NCBI GenBank assembly: GCA_052146595.1
Contig: JBKQMT010000038.1
Coordinates: forward strand, 5,893-69,892
DNA length: 64,000 nucleotides
Direction of reading: 5' to 3'
From: Acidimicrobiales bacterium
GTDB taxonomy: Bacteria; Actinomycetota; Acidimicrobiia; Acidimicrobiales; Bog-793
In this document: piece by piece, positions 43,760-52,881 of the stretch
Layout: the number at the start of each line of letters is the position of its first letter
Numbering within the stretch: position 1 is the stretch's first letter
Position numbers and translations under genes: made by a program
Notes under the pieces: model-generated
What the model was told of the DNA's origin: nothing
The model's database searches: none
What the model saw: the letters and a program-made list of their open reading frames with translations, nothing else

Positions 43760-45451
43760 ATGACCGAAAAGATCCGCTCGCTCAAGATCCACAGCCAGGA
43801 TGTGACCGAGGGCTTCCGCCGCGCGCCGTCGAGGGCAATGCTCCGTGCGGTCGGGATGACCGAAGGCGATTTCGACAAGCCTCAAGTCGGCGTAGCCTCC
43901 ACCTGGAACGAGGTGACGCCCTGCAACCTGCCCCTTGCCCGCCTCGCGCAGCGGGCGAAGGCGGGAGTGCGCGCGGCCGGTGGCTTTCCCTTCGAGTTCG
44001 TCTCCATCGCGGTCTCCGACGGCATTGCGATGGGTCACGAGGGGATGCATGCATCGCTCGTGAGCCGCGAGATCATCGCCGACTCGGTGGAGGCGATGAT
44101 GCACGCCGAGCGTTTCGACGCCTTCGTCGGCCTCGCCGGCTGCGACAAGTCGCTGCCCGGGATGCTCATGGCCGCCGGCCGCCTCGACCTCCCGATGGTC
44201 TTCGTCTACGGCGGCACGATCCTGCCGGGGCGGCTGGGCGATCGCGCGCTGGACGTCGTTTCGGTGTTCGAGGCGGTTGGTGCCCGCGCGGCGGGGACGA
44301 TCGACGACGCGGAACTGGTGGCGATCGAACGCAACGCCTGCCCGACGGAGGGCTCGTGTGCAGGCATGTTCACCGCTAACACCATGGCGTCTGTGGCCGA
44401 GGCGCTGGGCATGGCGCTGCCGGCGGGCGCTTCGGCGCCGGCGGTCGACCGCCGGCGGGACGATCTCGCCTACGCGAGCGGCCAGGCCGTGATGGGGCTG
44501 CTGGAGCAGGGCATCCGTCCCCGCCAGATCATGACCAAGGAGGCCTTCGAGAACGCCATCGCCACGGTGATGGCACTCGGCGGCTCGACCAACGCCGTGC
44601 TCCACCTGCTTGCCATCGCGAACGAGGCCCGGGTCGAGCTGCACCTGGACGACTTCGCCCGCGTCGGCCGGCGCGTGCCGCACCTGGCGGACATGAAGCC
44701 GCACGGGAAGTACCACATGACCGACTTGGACCGGATCGGAGGAGTCCCGGTCGTGCTGCGTGCCCTTCTGGACGAGGGCCTGCTCAACGGTGACTGCCTC
44801 ACCGTCACCGGCAAGACGATGGCCGAGAACCTTGCCGATCTCGACCCACCGGCTCCCGACGGTTCGGTCGTCCATCCCTTCGCCGATCCGATCCATGCTG
44901 ACGGGGGGATCGCCATCCTGCGCGGATCGCTCGCGCCCGAAGGTGCCGTCGTGAAGGTCGCGGGAATCGACGGGAACCTCTCCTTCGCCGGTCGGGCCCG
45001 GGTCTTCGACGGGGAGGGAGCGGCCATGGAGGCGATCCTCGCCGGGGCGGTCACGCCAGGCACGGTCGTGGTCATCCGCTACGAAGGGCCGAGGGGAGGT
45101 CCTGGGATGCGCGAGATGCTCGCCGTCACGGGCGCCATGACCGGCGCCGGGCGAGGTGGCGACTGTGCCCTCGTCACCGACGGGCGCTTCTCCGGGGGCA
45201 CGCAAGGGTTCTGCGTCGGCCACGTGGCGCCCGAGGCCGCCGTCGGCGGCCCGATCGGCCTGGTCGAGGACGGCGACGAGGTCGTGCTCGACGCCCATGC
45301 GGGCCGCCTGGACGTCCTCTTAGAACCGGCTGAGCTCGAGCGCCGGCGGGAACGGTGGAAGCCGCCCGTCCCGCGTTATCCGAGCGGGGTGCTCGGCAAG
45401 TACGCCCGGCTCGTCGTCGGGGCGGATCGGGGCGCGGTCACCGAGGCGTAG
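43760..45451 (+). CDS. ilvD: Dihydroxy-acid dehydratase
   Basis: [40 protein letters not shown] and TDGRFSGGT. The ATG at 43760 lies inside track ORF 43529-45451. Confidence 0.92.
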   Translation: MTEKIRSLKIHSQDVTEGFRRAPSRAMLRAVGMTEGDFDKPQVGVASTWNEVTPCNLPLARLAQRAKAGVRAAGGFPFEFVSIAVSDGIAMGHEGMHASLVSREIIADSVEAMMHAERFDAFVGLAGCDKSLPGMLMAAGRLDLPMVFVYGGTILPGRLGDRALDVVSVFEAVGARAAGTIDDAELVAIERNACPTEGSCAGMFTANTMASVAEALGMALPAGASAPAVDRRRDDLAYASGQAVMGLLEQGIRPRQIMTKEAFENAIATVMALGGSTNAVLHLLAIANEARVELHLDDFARVGRRVPHLADMKPHGKYHMTDLDRIGGVPVVLRALLDEGLLNGDCLTVTGKTMAENLADLDPPAPDGSVVHPFADPIHADGGIAILRGSLAPEGAVVKVAGIDGNLSFAGRARVFDGEGAAMEAILAGAVTPGTVVVIRYEGPRGGPGMREMLAVTGAMTGAGRGGDCALVTDGRFSGGTQGFCVGHVAPEAAVGGPIGLVEDGDEVVLDAHAGRLDVLLEPAELERRRERWKPPVPRYPSGVLGKYARLVVGADRGAVTEA

Positions 45452-45506
45452 GCGGCGTGCCAGGGCGGCGACCTCGTTCGGGCGACGCCCGGCTCGCGGT
45501 CGAAGG

Positions 45507-45535
45507 TTGCGGTCGGGACCCTGCTCTGCAACACT
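45507..45535 (+). promoter_or_regulatory. Candidate promoter for the ilvB leader (TTGCGG-17 nt-TGc-AACACT)
   Basis: The -35-like TTGCGG (45507-12) and the extended -10-like TGCAACACT (45527-35) would place the transcription start at or within a few nt of the leader-peptide ATG (45544). That would give a leaderless or near-leaderless mRNA. Pattern match only. Confidence 0.3.
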
Positions 45536-45543
45536 TGTAGTTG

Positions 45544-45579
45544 ATGACCGCAACCGGGCGCCTCGTACTTATCACCTAA
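45544..45579 (+). promoter_or_regulatory. ilvB leader peptide ORF (MTATGRLVLIT*), rich in branched-chain codons
   Basis: atg acc gca acc ggg cgc ctc gta ctt atc acc taa has consecutive Leu-Val-Leu-Ile codons. A hairpin (45580-45607) and an intrinsic terminator follow, about 200 nt upstream of ilvB. Confidence 0.55.
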
Positions 45580-45610
45580 GCGCACGACGCCACTCGCGTT
45601 GTTGCGCCTG

Positions 45611-45642
45611 CGACCTCCCCAAAGGGGAGGTCGTTTCGTTTT
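45611..45642 (+). terminator. Intrinsic terminator / attenuator in the ilvB leader
   Basis: Perfect 10-bp stem cgacctcccc/ggggaggtcg with an aaa loop, followed by tttcgtttt. It sits 100 nt upstream of the ilvB ATG. Confidence 0.7.
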
Positions 45643-45742
45643 CCGGCACCGGAGCACCGGAGCAGGCGGTTATCGGGCAAGACGACCAGTGACAGAACCT
45701 GAGACCACCCACCGACCCTACGACGAGTGAGAGGAAGCACCG

Positions 45743-47512
45743 ATGGAGCTCACCGGAGCGCAAGCGCTTGTGAAGAGCCTCGAGATGCAGGAGGTCGAAG
45801 TGATATTCGGCCTGCCCGGTGGGGCGATCCTTCCCGTATACGACCCCATCATCGATTCGCCGATACGCCACATCCTCGTTCGTCACGAGCAGGGTGCGGG
45901 ACACATGGCCGAGGGGTACGCGCAGGCAACGGGCCGACCTGGCGTGGCGATGGTCACGAGCGGCCCGGGTGCCACCAACGTCGTGACGGCGCTCGCAGAC
46001 GCCTATATGGACTCGATCCCCTTCGTCTGCGTGACCGGCCAGGTGGCCACGAGCGCCATCGGGACCGACGCCTTCCAGGAGAGCGACACGACCGGCATCA
46101 CCCTCGGCGTCACGAAGCACAACTGGCTCGTCACCGATGCCGCCGACATCCCCCAGGTCGTCCGCGAAGCCTTCTACATCGCAACGACGGGCCGTCCCGG
46201 GCCCGTCCTCATCGACTTTCCGAAGGACGTCGCGACCTCCACGATGGAGTGGTACTGGCCCGAGGGCGTCGACCTGCCCGGTTACCACCCGGCGTCGCAG
46301 CCTGACGCGGCGGCGATCCGGGCCGCCGCCGAGCTCGTGGTGGCGGCCGAGCGGCCGGTGATCTACGCCGGGGGCGGCATCTTGAAGTCGGGTGCCTCCA
46401 AAGCCCTGCGCGAGCTCGTGGACCTGACGGGCATCCCGGTCGTGACCACGCTGATGGCGCGGGGCTCCTTTCCTGACAGTCATCCGTTGTGCTTGGGCAT
46501 GCCCGGCATGCACGGCAACTACACCGCCGTCACCGCCATGCAGAAGGCGGATCTCTTGCTCGCCCTCGGCAGCCGCTTCGACGACCGCGTGACGGGCAAG
46601 GTCTCGACCTTCGCCCCGGGGGCGAAGGTGGTCCATGTCGACATCGACAAGGCCGAGATCGGCAAGGTCAGACGGCCCGAAGTGGGGATCCTCGCCGACT
46701 GCCGCCTCGCCATCGAGGCGCTCGTGGCCTCGATCGCCGCTCGCGGTCCGCTCGATCAGGGCCGTCTCGCGCCCTGGGTCGCGAGGCTTCAGGACTGGCA
46801 GGCGGAGTACCCCTGCACCTACGACCGTTCCGAGCCCGTGCACGCCGAACTCGTCACTGGCGGAGGAGGCCGGCGTCCCACTCTCAAGCCCCAGTTCGTG
46901 ATCGAACAGCTGCGGGCCTCCACCCCGCCGGACACGATCCTCGTCTCCGGTGTCGGCCAGCATCAGATGTGGGCCTCTCAGCACTGGGCTTTCGAGTACC
47001 CGAACACGTGGGTCAACTCTGGCGGCCTCGGGACCATGGGCTTCGCCGTGCCGGCGGCCATCGGGGCCAAGGTCGGGCGCCCGGACCGCATGGTGTGGGC
47101 GGTCGACGGGGACGGCTGCTTCCAGATGACGGCGCAGGAGCTTGCGACGGCGAGCGCCGAGCGCATCCCGGTGAAGATCGCCATCTTGAACAACGCCTAT
47201 CTGGGCATGGTGCGACAGTGGCAGCACATGTTCTACGAGGAGCGCTACTCGGAGGTCTATCTGTCGCCGGACCTTCCCGACTACGTCGGCTGGGCCGAGG
47301 CGATGGGCTGTGTCGGGTTGCGCGTGGAGGGCCCGGACGAGGTCACACCCGCGATCGAGAAGGCCAACGACATAGACGACAGGCCCGTGGTGATCGACTT
47401 CAGGACCGACTCGATGGAACAGGTCTTCCCGATGGTGCCCGCCGGTGCCTCCAACGACGACATCGTCGTGCACCCGTCTCAGCGGCTCCGGGACTCGGAG
47501 GTGTCGCAATGA
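45743..47512 (+). CDS. ilvB: Acetolactate synthase large (catalytic) subunit
   Basis: ThDP enzyme with GLPGGAILPVYD, HEQGAGHMAEGYA and GGLGTMGFAVPAAIGAK. It is preceded by the RBS GAGAGGAAG. Confidence 0.92.
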   Translation: MELTGAQALVKSLEMQEVEVIFGLPGGAILPVYDPIIDSPIRHILVRHEQGAGHMAEGYAQATGRPGVAMVTSGPGATNVVTALADAYMDSIPFVCVTGQVATSAIGTDAFQESDTTGITLGVTKHNWLVTDAADIPQVVREAFYIATTGRPGPVLIDFPKDVATSTMEWYWPEGVDLPGYHPASQPDAAAIRAAAELVVAAERPVIYAGGGILKSGASKALRELVDLTGIPVVTTLMARGSFPDSHPLCLGMPGMHGNYTAVTAMQKADLLLALGSRFDDRVTGKVSTFAPGAKVVHVDIDKAEIGKVRRPEVGILADCRLAIEALVASIAARGPLDQGRLAPWVARLQDWQAEYPCTYDRSEPVHAELVTGGGGRRPTLKPQFVIEQLRASTPPDTILVSGVGQHQMWASQHWAFEYPNTWVNSGGLGTMGFAVPAAIGAKVGRPDRMVWAVDGDGCFQMTAQELATASAERIPVKIAILNNAYLGMVRQWQHMFYEERYSEVYLSPDLPDYVGWAEAMGCVGLRVEGPDEVTPAIEKANDIDDRPVVIDFRTDSMEQVFPMVPAGASNDDIVVHPSQRLRDSEVSQ

Positions 47513-48060
47513 CCCAGGACCCCCGGCCCCACGGCCCCCGCCATCGCCTGCTCTCGGTCCTGGTGGAGAACAAGGCCGGGGTGCTCGCACGCGTCGCGGG
47601 GCTGTTCTCGCGTCGTGGCTACAACATCTTCTCCCTCGCTGTCGCACCCACCGACGACGAGCGTTTCTCCCGGATCTCGATCGTCGTCGACGTCGAGTCA
47701 TCGCCGCTCGAGCAGGTCGTGGCACAGCTGGACAAGCTCATCAACGTCGTCGAGATCGGCGAGCTGCACCCCGACGAGGCTCGCGAGGCCGAGCTGCTCT
47801 TGGTGAGCGTCTCGGCCGACGCCGGACAGCGTTCCCAGGTCATCCAGCTCGTCGGCGTCTTCGCCGGTCGCATCGTCGACGTCGGCAACGAGGCGATCAC
47901 GGTCATGGTCGCCGGCGCGCCCGAGGTGCTCGACGACTTCGAGAGCCTGATGAGGCCTTATGGGATCGCGGGGTTGCAACGCTCCGGCCGGATCGCGCTA
48001 CCTAAGCTGGACAACAGGTCGTCGGTGCCGGGAGCGGTGGGAGTCGTCGACATCGCCTAG
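47509..48060 (+). CDS. ilvN: Acetolactate synthase small (regulatory) subunit
   Basis: ACT domain [34 protein letters not shown] 47509 overlaps the ilvB stop (ATGA). Confidence 0.9.
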   Translation: MTQDPRPHGPRHRLLSVLVENKAGVLARVAGLFSRRGYNIFSLAVAPTDDERFSRISIVVDVESSPLEQVVAQLDKLINVVEIGELHPDEAREAELLLVSVSADAGQRSQVIQLVGVFAGRIVDVGNEAITVMVAGAPEVLDDFESLMRPYGIAGLQRSGRIALPKLDNRSSVPGAVGVVDIA

Positions 48061-48184
48061 GCCGCCAGCGGGGCCCGTGGTGCCGGTCGCCCGCGCCCGG
48101 TGGTCTGCAGGCCCCGTAAAGGTCCGAGCACCGCTTCTCGCGGTGCAAGGCAACATTCCAACCAGCTATAACGACAGGAGCGTC

Positions 48185-49210
48185 ATGGCCAAGCTTTACT
48201 ACGAGAACGATGCGAACCCTTCCCTGGTCCGGTCGCGCAAGGTGGCGATCATCGGCTACGGCTCGCAGGGCCATGCGCACGCGCTGAACCTGCACGACTC
48301 CGGGGTCGACGTTCGGGTCGGGCTCAGGCCCGAGTCCTCCTCGCGCGCCAAGGCGGAGGCGGCGGGTCTTCGCGTCACAGGCGTCGCCGAGGCCGTCGCC
48401 GAGGCCGACCTCGTCATGATCCTGTTGCCCGACACCGAGCAGGCGGCGGTTTACGAGGCGGACATCGCACCTCATCTCAGCGAGGGCGACGCCGTGTTCT
48501 TCGCCCACGGATTCAACATCCGGTTCGGCCTGATCACGCCGCCAGCGGGCGTCGACGTCGCCATGGTCGCTCCCAAGGGGCCGGGTCACCTCGTGCGCCG
48601 CACCTACACCGAAGGCGGCGGCGTGCCCTCGCTGATCGCCGTGTCGGCGGATGCCTCGGGCAAGGCGATGGAACTGGCACTTTCCTACGCGGACGCCCTC
48701 GGCGCGACCCGGGCCGGCGTGCTCGAGACGACCTTCGCCGAGGAGACAGAGACCGACCTCTTCGGCGAGCAGGTCGTGCTCTGCGGGGGGTTGACCGCGC
48801 TCGTGATGGCCGGCTTCGAGACCCTTGTCGAGGCCGGTTACCAGCCTGAGTCGGCTTACTTCGAATGCCTGCACGAGCTGAAGCTGATAGTCGACCTCAT
48901 GTACGAGCAGGGCATCGCGGGCATGCGCTTCTCGGTGTCGGACACCGCCGAGTACGGGGATCTCACTCGTGGGCCGCGGATCATCGACGAGCGGACCCGT
49001 GTCGAGATGCGGCGCATCCTCGGCGAGATAAGGGACGGGAGCTTCGCGAGCGAATGGGTGGCGGAGGACCGCGCGGGCAGGCCGCGGTTCAACGAGCTGC
49101 GCGCCGCCGGCAGGGCCCATCCCGTCGAGTCCGTGGGTGCTGAGTTGCGGGCGATGATGCCTTTCGTGACTGCAGGGCGCCAGCGCCTCGAAGACGTCTC
49201 GGGGGGCTAG
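48185..49210 (+). CDS. ilvC: Ketol-acid reductoisomerase
   Basis: [32 protein letters not shown], and [11 protein letters not shown]. Confidence 0.95.
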   Translation: MAKLYYENDANPSLVRSRKVAIIGYGSQGHAHALNLHDSGVDVRVGLRPESSSRAKAEAAGLRVTGVAEAVAEADLVMILLPDTEQAAVYEADIAPHLSEGDAVFFAHGFNIRFGLITPPAGVDVAMVAPKGPGHLVRRTYTEGGGVPSLIAVSADASGKAMELALSYADALGATRAGVLETTFAEETETDLFGEQVVLCGGLTALVMAGFETLVEAGYQPESAYFECLHELKLIVDLMYEQGIAGMRFSVSDTAEYGDLTRGPRIIDERTRVEMRRILGEIRDGSFASEWVAEDRAGRPRFNELRAAGRAHPVESVGAELRAMMPFVTAGRQRLEDVSGG

Positions 49211-49374
49211 CCGTCTCCGGCAGCGATCCGCCCCGGTCGCCGGGCTCCTCGCCGGGTGCATCTCCCGGCACCCTTTTTCCTGCCGCCTACCCGATCCTCG
49301 AGTTCGACTCGGACCGCCAAGCGCTCATAGACCCGTCCGCGCATCTCTGCGCGCCGTCACGCGAAGAGTCCGAC

Positions 49375-50067
49375 GTGCCCGCGCGGGCTGTCATGTGCTT
49401 CTTCGGCGATGTCGTGGCCCGGATTGCGCTCGAGCGCGGGGCTCGCCAGGTCGCTCAGCTGCACTCCGAGCACGGCATGCATCCGATCTTCGAGCTGGAG
49501 CATCGAGGTGAGCGGGTCGGTTTCTTCCAACCCGGTGTCGGCGCGCCCCTGGCGGCACTGTTCTTGGAGGAGGCGATCGACTACGGCTGCCGCGCCCTTG
49601 TCGCCTGCGGAGGCGCGGGAGCGCTCGACGCCGACCTCGTCCTCGGCCACCTAGTCGTGGTCTCGGCGGCGGTCCGCGACGAAGGGACCTCATATCACTA
49701 TCTCGCCCCGTCGCGGCACATCGAGGCGGCTCCGGCCGTGGTGGCGGCGATGGAGGCTTTGCTCGGTCGCTCGGGTGTCCCCTTCAGGACCGGGACCACA
49801 TGGACGACCGACGCCGTCTACCGGGAGACGAGGGGGAAGGTGTCGCTCCGTCGAGCCGAGGGCTGTGTGACCGTCGAGATGGAAGCGGCCGCTCTGCTTG
49901 CGGTGGCCCGGTTCCGGAACGTGTTGTTGGGCCAGCTCCTCTACGCGGGTGACACTCTCGCCGGCCCGGCATGGGAGCACCGGGACTGGGTGCATGCCCA
50001 CGACGCCCGCGAAGCCTTGTTCTGGCTCGCCATGGACGCAGTCGTGGAGATGCCGCTCGCGTCCTGA
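49375..50067 (+). CDS. Nucleoside phosphorylase family protein (PNP/UDP_1 superfamily); the 5' end is problematic
   Basis: VMCFFGDVV..., GVGAPLAALFLEEAI, and VRDEGTSYHY. GTG 49375 is the first in-frame start, but coding-like sequence (AAYPILEFDSDRQALIDPS...) continues upstream with no start codon (see findings). Confidence 0.65.
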   Translation: MPARAVMCFFGDVVARIALERGARQVAQLHSEHGMHPIFELEHRGERVGFFQPGVGAPLAALFLEEAIDYGCRALVACGGAGALDADLVLGHLVVVSAAVRDEGTSYHYLAPSRHIEAAPAVVAAMEALLGRSGVPFRTGTTWTTDAVYRETRGKVSLRRAEGCVTVEMEAAALLAVARFRNVLLGQLLYAGDTLAGPAWEHRDWVHAHDAREALFWLAMDAVVEMPLAS

Positions 50068-50178
50068 GCCAGCTAGGCGGCCCGCCCGGGGGGCGGCCGC
50101 GACGACAACCGGAGGTGGGCTGTCTAGTGTCGCCGTCGTGCCCAAGTCGTCACTTCCTCCCGGTCCGGCCGCAGCAAG

Positions 50179-51621
50179 TTGACGACCGCCCGAAGGGCCA
50201 TGCTCGCGACGGCTCTGGCCGTCGGGACCGCCCTTGCCGGCTCCGGCATGCTGGCCCCAGCCAAGAGCTACACGGTGGGCGATCCCCAACCGGAGCTGGC
50301 CCCGTTCAGCCTCGGGGCCGCCGGGGGCGGCGCCGGTTCTGGAGCCGTTCTTCCAGACGGCACCCTCGTGCTCGCTTCACTGTCCGCAACCGGCACGAGA
50401 GCGGTCGTCTGCACGTTGCATCCGGGCGGGCGCAGGTGCGCCTCGAGCGCCACCTTGGAGGCGTATACGAGGCGCGGGGTGCAAGACGAATTCACCGGTG
50501 TGCCCGAGGTGCTCGCCACAGGCGGTACCGATGTGTCGGTGGTGGTGGAGGACTGCTGCTCCATTCCGGTCTTCTCCGGCGTTGGCGGGGCCGTCGTGTT
50601 CGACAGCAGCGATGACGGCAGGACCTTCTCCAGTGAGATCCCGGCCGGCGTCATCGAAGGCGTCGGCGCGGCCACGTTCGCGGATGACCAGCTCGTCGTC
50701 GCCTCGTCCGAGACCACGAGCTTGAACGTCCAAGCCTTGCCGCCGCCGCCCTACGTTGCGCTGACGACGCCGGCGAACCCGAACAGCAGATACGACGGCG
50801 ACACGTCGCTGACCACCTACAAGGGCGGGGTCCTCGTGGCCAGTGACGACGCGCGAGGCGACACTCTCGTCGAGTACGCGCCGAGGGGCAGCAAGTTCAA
50901 CCTGTCGAGATCCTACGGCTCGCCCGTGGGCATCTTCGACGGTGAGGACCTGGCCGGTGTCTCGGGCAACGCCCTGCTCACGTACTCGAGCACGTCGACA
51001 CCAGGGGCCTTCCTGCGTTTGTTCAACGGCAAGTCGTTCGGCCCTCCCCACCAGGTGCCGGAGCCGGCGGGCGCCGTCGCGGCCCACTGGAGCGTCCAGG
51101 AGGCCAGCGGCCTCGTGCACGTGTTCTTCCTGGACCGGAGCGGCGCTTCGGACATCTGTTCCGAGACGACCTACAACGGGGTGCGGTGGTCACGGCTCCT
51201 CGTTTACAGCAGCGCCACCACCGCCGGCGCTCTCGTGCCGGTCCTCGGCCCGTCGGGGGCCGGCTTGGTCTACGAGTCCGACGTCGACGCCCCGCCGCTG
51301 CTGGCACAGCCGGTCCTCGACTACCAGTCGGTCGTCGTCAGGCTGGCCCGGTTGCGTGCGCCCGCCGGGAAACGCACCACCTTGACAGGCGAGGTAGTGC
51401 CGCGGCTCGGCGGTCAGGTCGTGAGGCTCGAGAGGCGGATCTCGATCGGGCACTGGTCGAACATCTCCGCCCTCCACGAGTCGGCGGCTGGCAGGTTCTC
51501 CTTCACCGTGCCAGGCAGGACCCACAGCTACCGGGCGGTCGTCGCCTACGAGCCCGGGTACTACCTGTACGGCTACTCGAACGTCGTCACGTTGACGGCC
51601 GTGCCGAAGCGGAAACCCTAG
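50179..51621 (+). CDS. Secreted hypothetical protein, possibly a beta-propeller with an Asp-box (BNR) motif and a C-terminal Ig-like domain
   Basis: Signal peptide MTTARRAMLATALAVGTALAGSGMLAPA. There is one good Asp-box (SSDDGRTFS) and one degenerate copy (TTYNGVRWS), and the sequence is beta-rich and Ser/Thr/Gly-rich. No firm family assignment. Confidence 0.5.
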   Translation: MTTARRAMLATALAVGTALAGSGMLAPAKSYTVGDPQPELAPFSLGAAGGGAGSGAVLPDGTLVLASLSATGTRAVVCTLHPGGRRCASSATLEAYTRRGVQDEFTGVPEVLATGGTDVSVVVEDCCSIPVFSGVGGAVVFDSSDDGRTFSSEIPAGVIEGVGAATFADDQLVVASSETTSLNVQALPPPPYVALTTPANPNSRYDGDTSLTTYKGGVLVASDDARGDTLVEYAPRGSKFNLSRSYGSPVGIFDGEDLAGVSGNALLTYSSTSTPGAFLRLFNGKSFGPPHQVPEPAGAVAAHWSVQEASGLVHVFFLDRSGASDICSETTYNGVRWSRLLVYSSATTAGALVPVLGPSGAGLVYESDVDAPPLLAQPVLDYQSVVVRLARLRAPAGKRTTLTGEVVPRLGGQVVRLERRISIGHWSNISALHESAAGRFSFTVPGRTHSYRAVVAYEPGYYLYGYSNVVTLTAVPKRKP

Positions 51622-51640
51622 GCCGCTTGCCCTGCCCTCG

Positions 51641-51690
51641 CTGATACGATAGTCTACCGATTTAGTAGATTTTACAAATACGGTGTAGGG
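51641..51690 (+). promoter_or_regulatory. AT-rich island upstream of pstS (candidate phosphate-responsive promoter/operator)
   Basis: ctgatacgatagtctaccgatttagtagattttacaaatacggtgtaggg is strikingly AT-rich for this genome. It contains short direct repeats (GATTT twice, TAGT twice) and inverted repeats (CTAC/GTAG, TACA/TGTA). It lies 34-83 nt upstream of the pstS ATG. Confidence 0.3.
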
Positions 51691-51723
51691 CGCCCCCCGA
51701 CCTGCCCCCGACCAGGAGGAAAC

Positions 51724-52881
51724 ATGTCCCGCCGCCACACTGCCGTTCCCGCCCTAGCCGTGAGCCTCGGGCTGCTCGCCGCCGCCTATGGCCCAGGCTC
51801 GTCCATGGCCGTCGCCGCGGCCCCGCGCCTGGCGAAGCTGACCGCCACCTCGGCCCCGGGAGGCCTGCTCGGTCCTTCGTACGACACCAAGACGTCCACG
51901 TCGGTCTCGCTGTCGGGAGCCGGGGCCAACTCGATCAACCCGTTCTTCGAGAAGGTCTTCTACGAGTACCACTTGAAGAACTCGAAGACGACGATCACCT
52001 ACTCCCCGGCCGGGAGCAGCGTCGGCATCAGCGACATCCAGCAGGGCACGGTCGACTTCGGCGACAGCGAGATCCCGATGTCGGCAAAGGACCTGGCCAA
52101 GACGACGAGCACCGTCTTGCAGGTGCCAGTGGACCTCGGTGGGGTGGCGATCAGCTACAACCTCCCCGGCGTGACGGGCCTGAAGCTCAACGGCCCTACG
52201 CTCGCGGGCATCTTCAACGACACCATCACCAATTGGGACGACCCGCGGATCGCCAAGGTTTCCGGCCTCTCCGACCTGCCGAACCTCGCCATCGTCCCCG
52301 TCCACCGGGCCGACTCGTCGGGCCCGGGCTGGGACCTCGACGAGTACCTCATCAAGACCTCGCCGGCGTGGGCCGCCAGGGTCGGCACGGTAGCCTCCAA
52401 GACCTGGCCGATCCCTACGGTCGGAGTGGGCGAGCAGCTCAACAGCGGCGTCGCCACCTACATAAGCCAGACGCGCGGGGCCATCGGGTACGTCGAGTAC
52501 GGCTACGCCCTCGAGGCGAATTTCACCAATGCCGCCCTTGAGAACAAGGCCGGAGACTTCGTCGCCCCGTCGCTTAGCTCAATTGCGCAGGCGGGAGCGC
52601 AGGCGAGCGGCCTGAGCTCGTCCAAGTACTCGATCATCGACGAGCCGGGCGCGGGCACGTACCCCCTGGCCAATTTCAGCTGGACGCTCCTGTACCAGAA
52701 GGACCCCAACGAGGCGAAGGGCATCGCCCTCGGCAAGCTCTTCGACTGGGTCGTGACCACCGGGCAGCGGTACGCGAGCTCGCTCGGCTACGCCCCGCTG
52801 CCGCCAGGCGTGGCGGCACTCGCCACGAGGACGCTCGAGGAGCTGCAGACACCTAAAGGTGGGCCTTTGTTCTCGAAATGA
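51724..52881 (+). CDS. pstS: Phosphate ABC transporter substrate-binding protein
   Basis: Signal sequence followed by GAGANSINPFFEKVFYEY, YSPAGSSVGI and HRADSSG. RBS AGGAGGA. It heads pstSCAB. Confidence 0.85.
   Translation: MSRRHTAVPALAVSLGLLAAAYGPGSSMAVAAAPRLAKLTATSAPGGLLGPSYDTKTSTSVSLSGAGANSINPFFEKVFYEYHLKNSKTTITYSPAGSSVGISDIQQGTVDFGDSEIPMSAKDLAKTTSTVLQVPVDLGGVAISYNLPGVTGLKLNGPTLAGIFNDTITNWDDPRIAKVSGLSDLPNLAIVPVHRADSSGPGWDLDEYLIKTSPAWAARVGTVASKTWPIPTVGVGEQLNSGVATYISQTRGAIGYVEYGYALEANFTNAALENKAGDFVAPSLSSIAQAGAQASGLSSSKYSIIDEPGAGTYPLANFSWTLLYQKDPNEAKGIALGKLFDWVVTTGQRYASSLGYAPLPPGVAALATRTLEELQTPKGGPLFSK

Noticed and set aside
45572-47725. 717-aa minus-strand ORF opposite ilvB and ilvN. Similar long antisense ORFs occur at 35965-38289, 54789-56444, 43568-45298, 33625-35154 and elsewhere.
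   Set aside because: All are antisense to well-supported genes, have Arg/Pro/Gly/Asp-biased low-complexity translations, and show no motifs. They are stop-codon-poor artefacts of GC-rich DNA.
51724-51800. The PstS signal peptide has LLAAAYG where actinobacterial PstS lipoproteins usually have a lipobox Cys (LAAC). TAT versus TGT is a single-base difference.
   Set aside because: I cannot tell from sequence alone whether this is a mutation or sequencing error, or a normal type-I signal peptide or membrane anchor in this lineage. It is too speculative to report as a finding.
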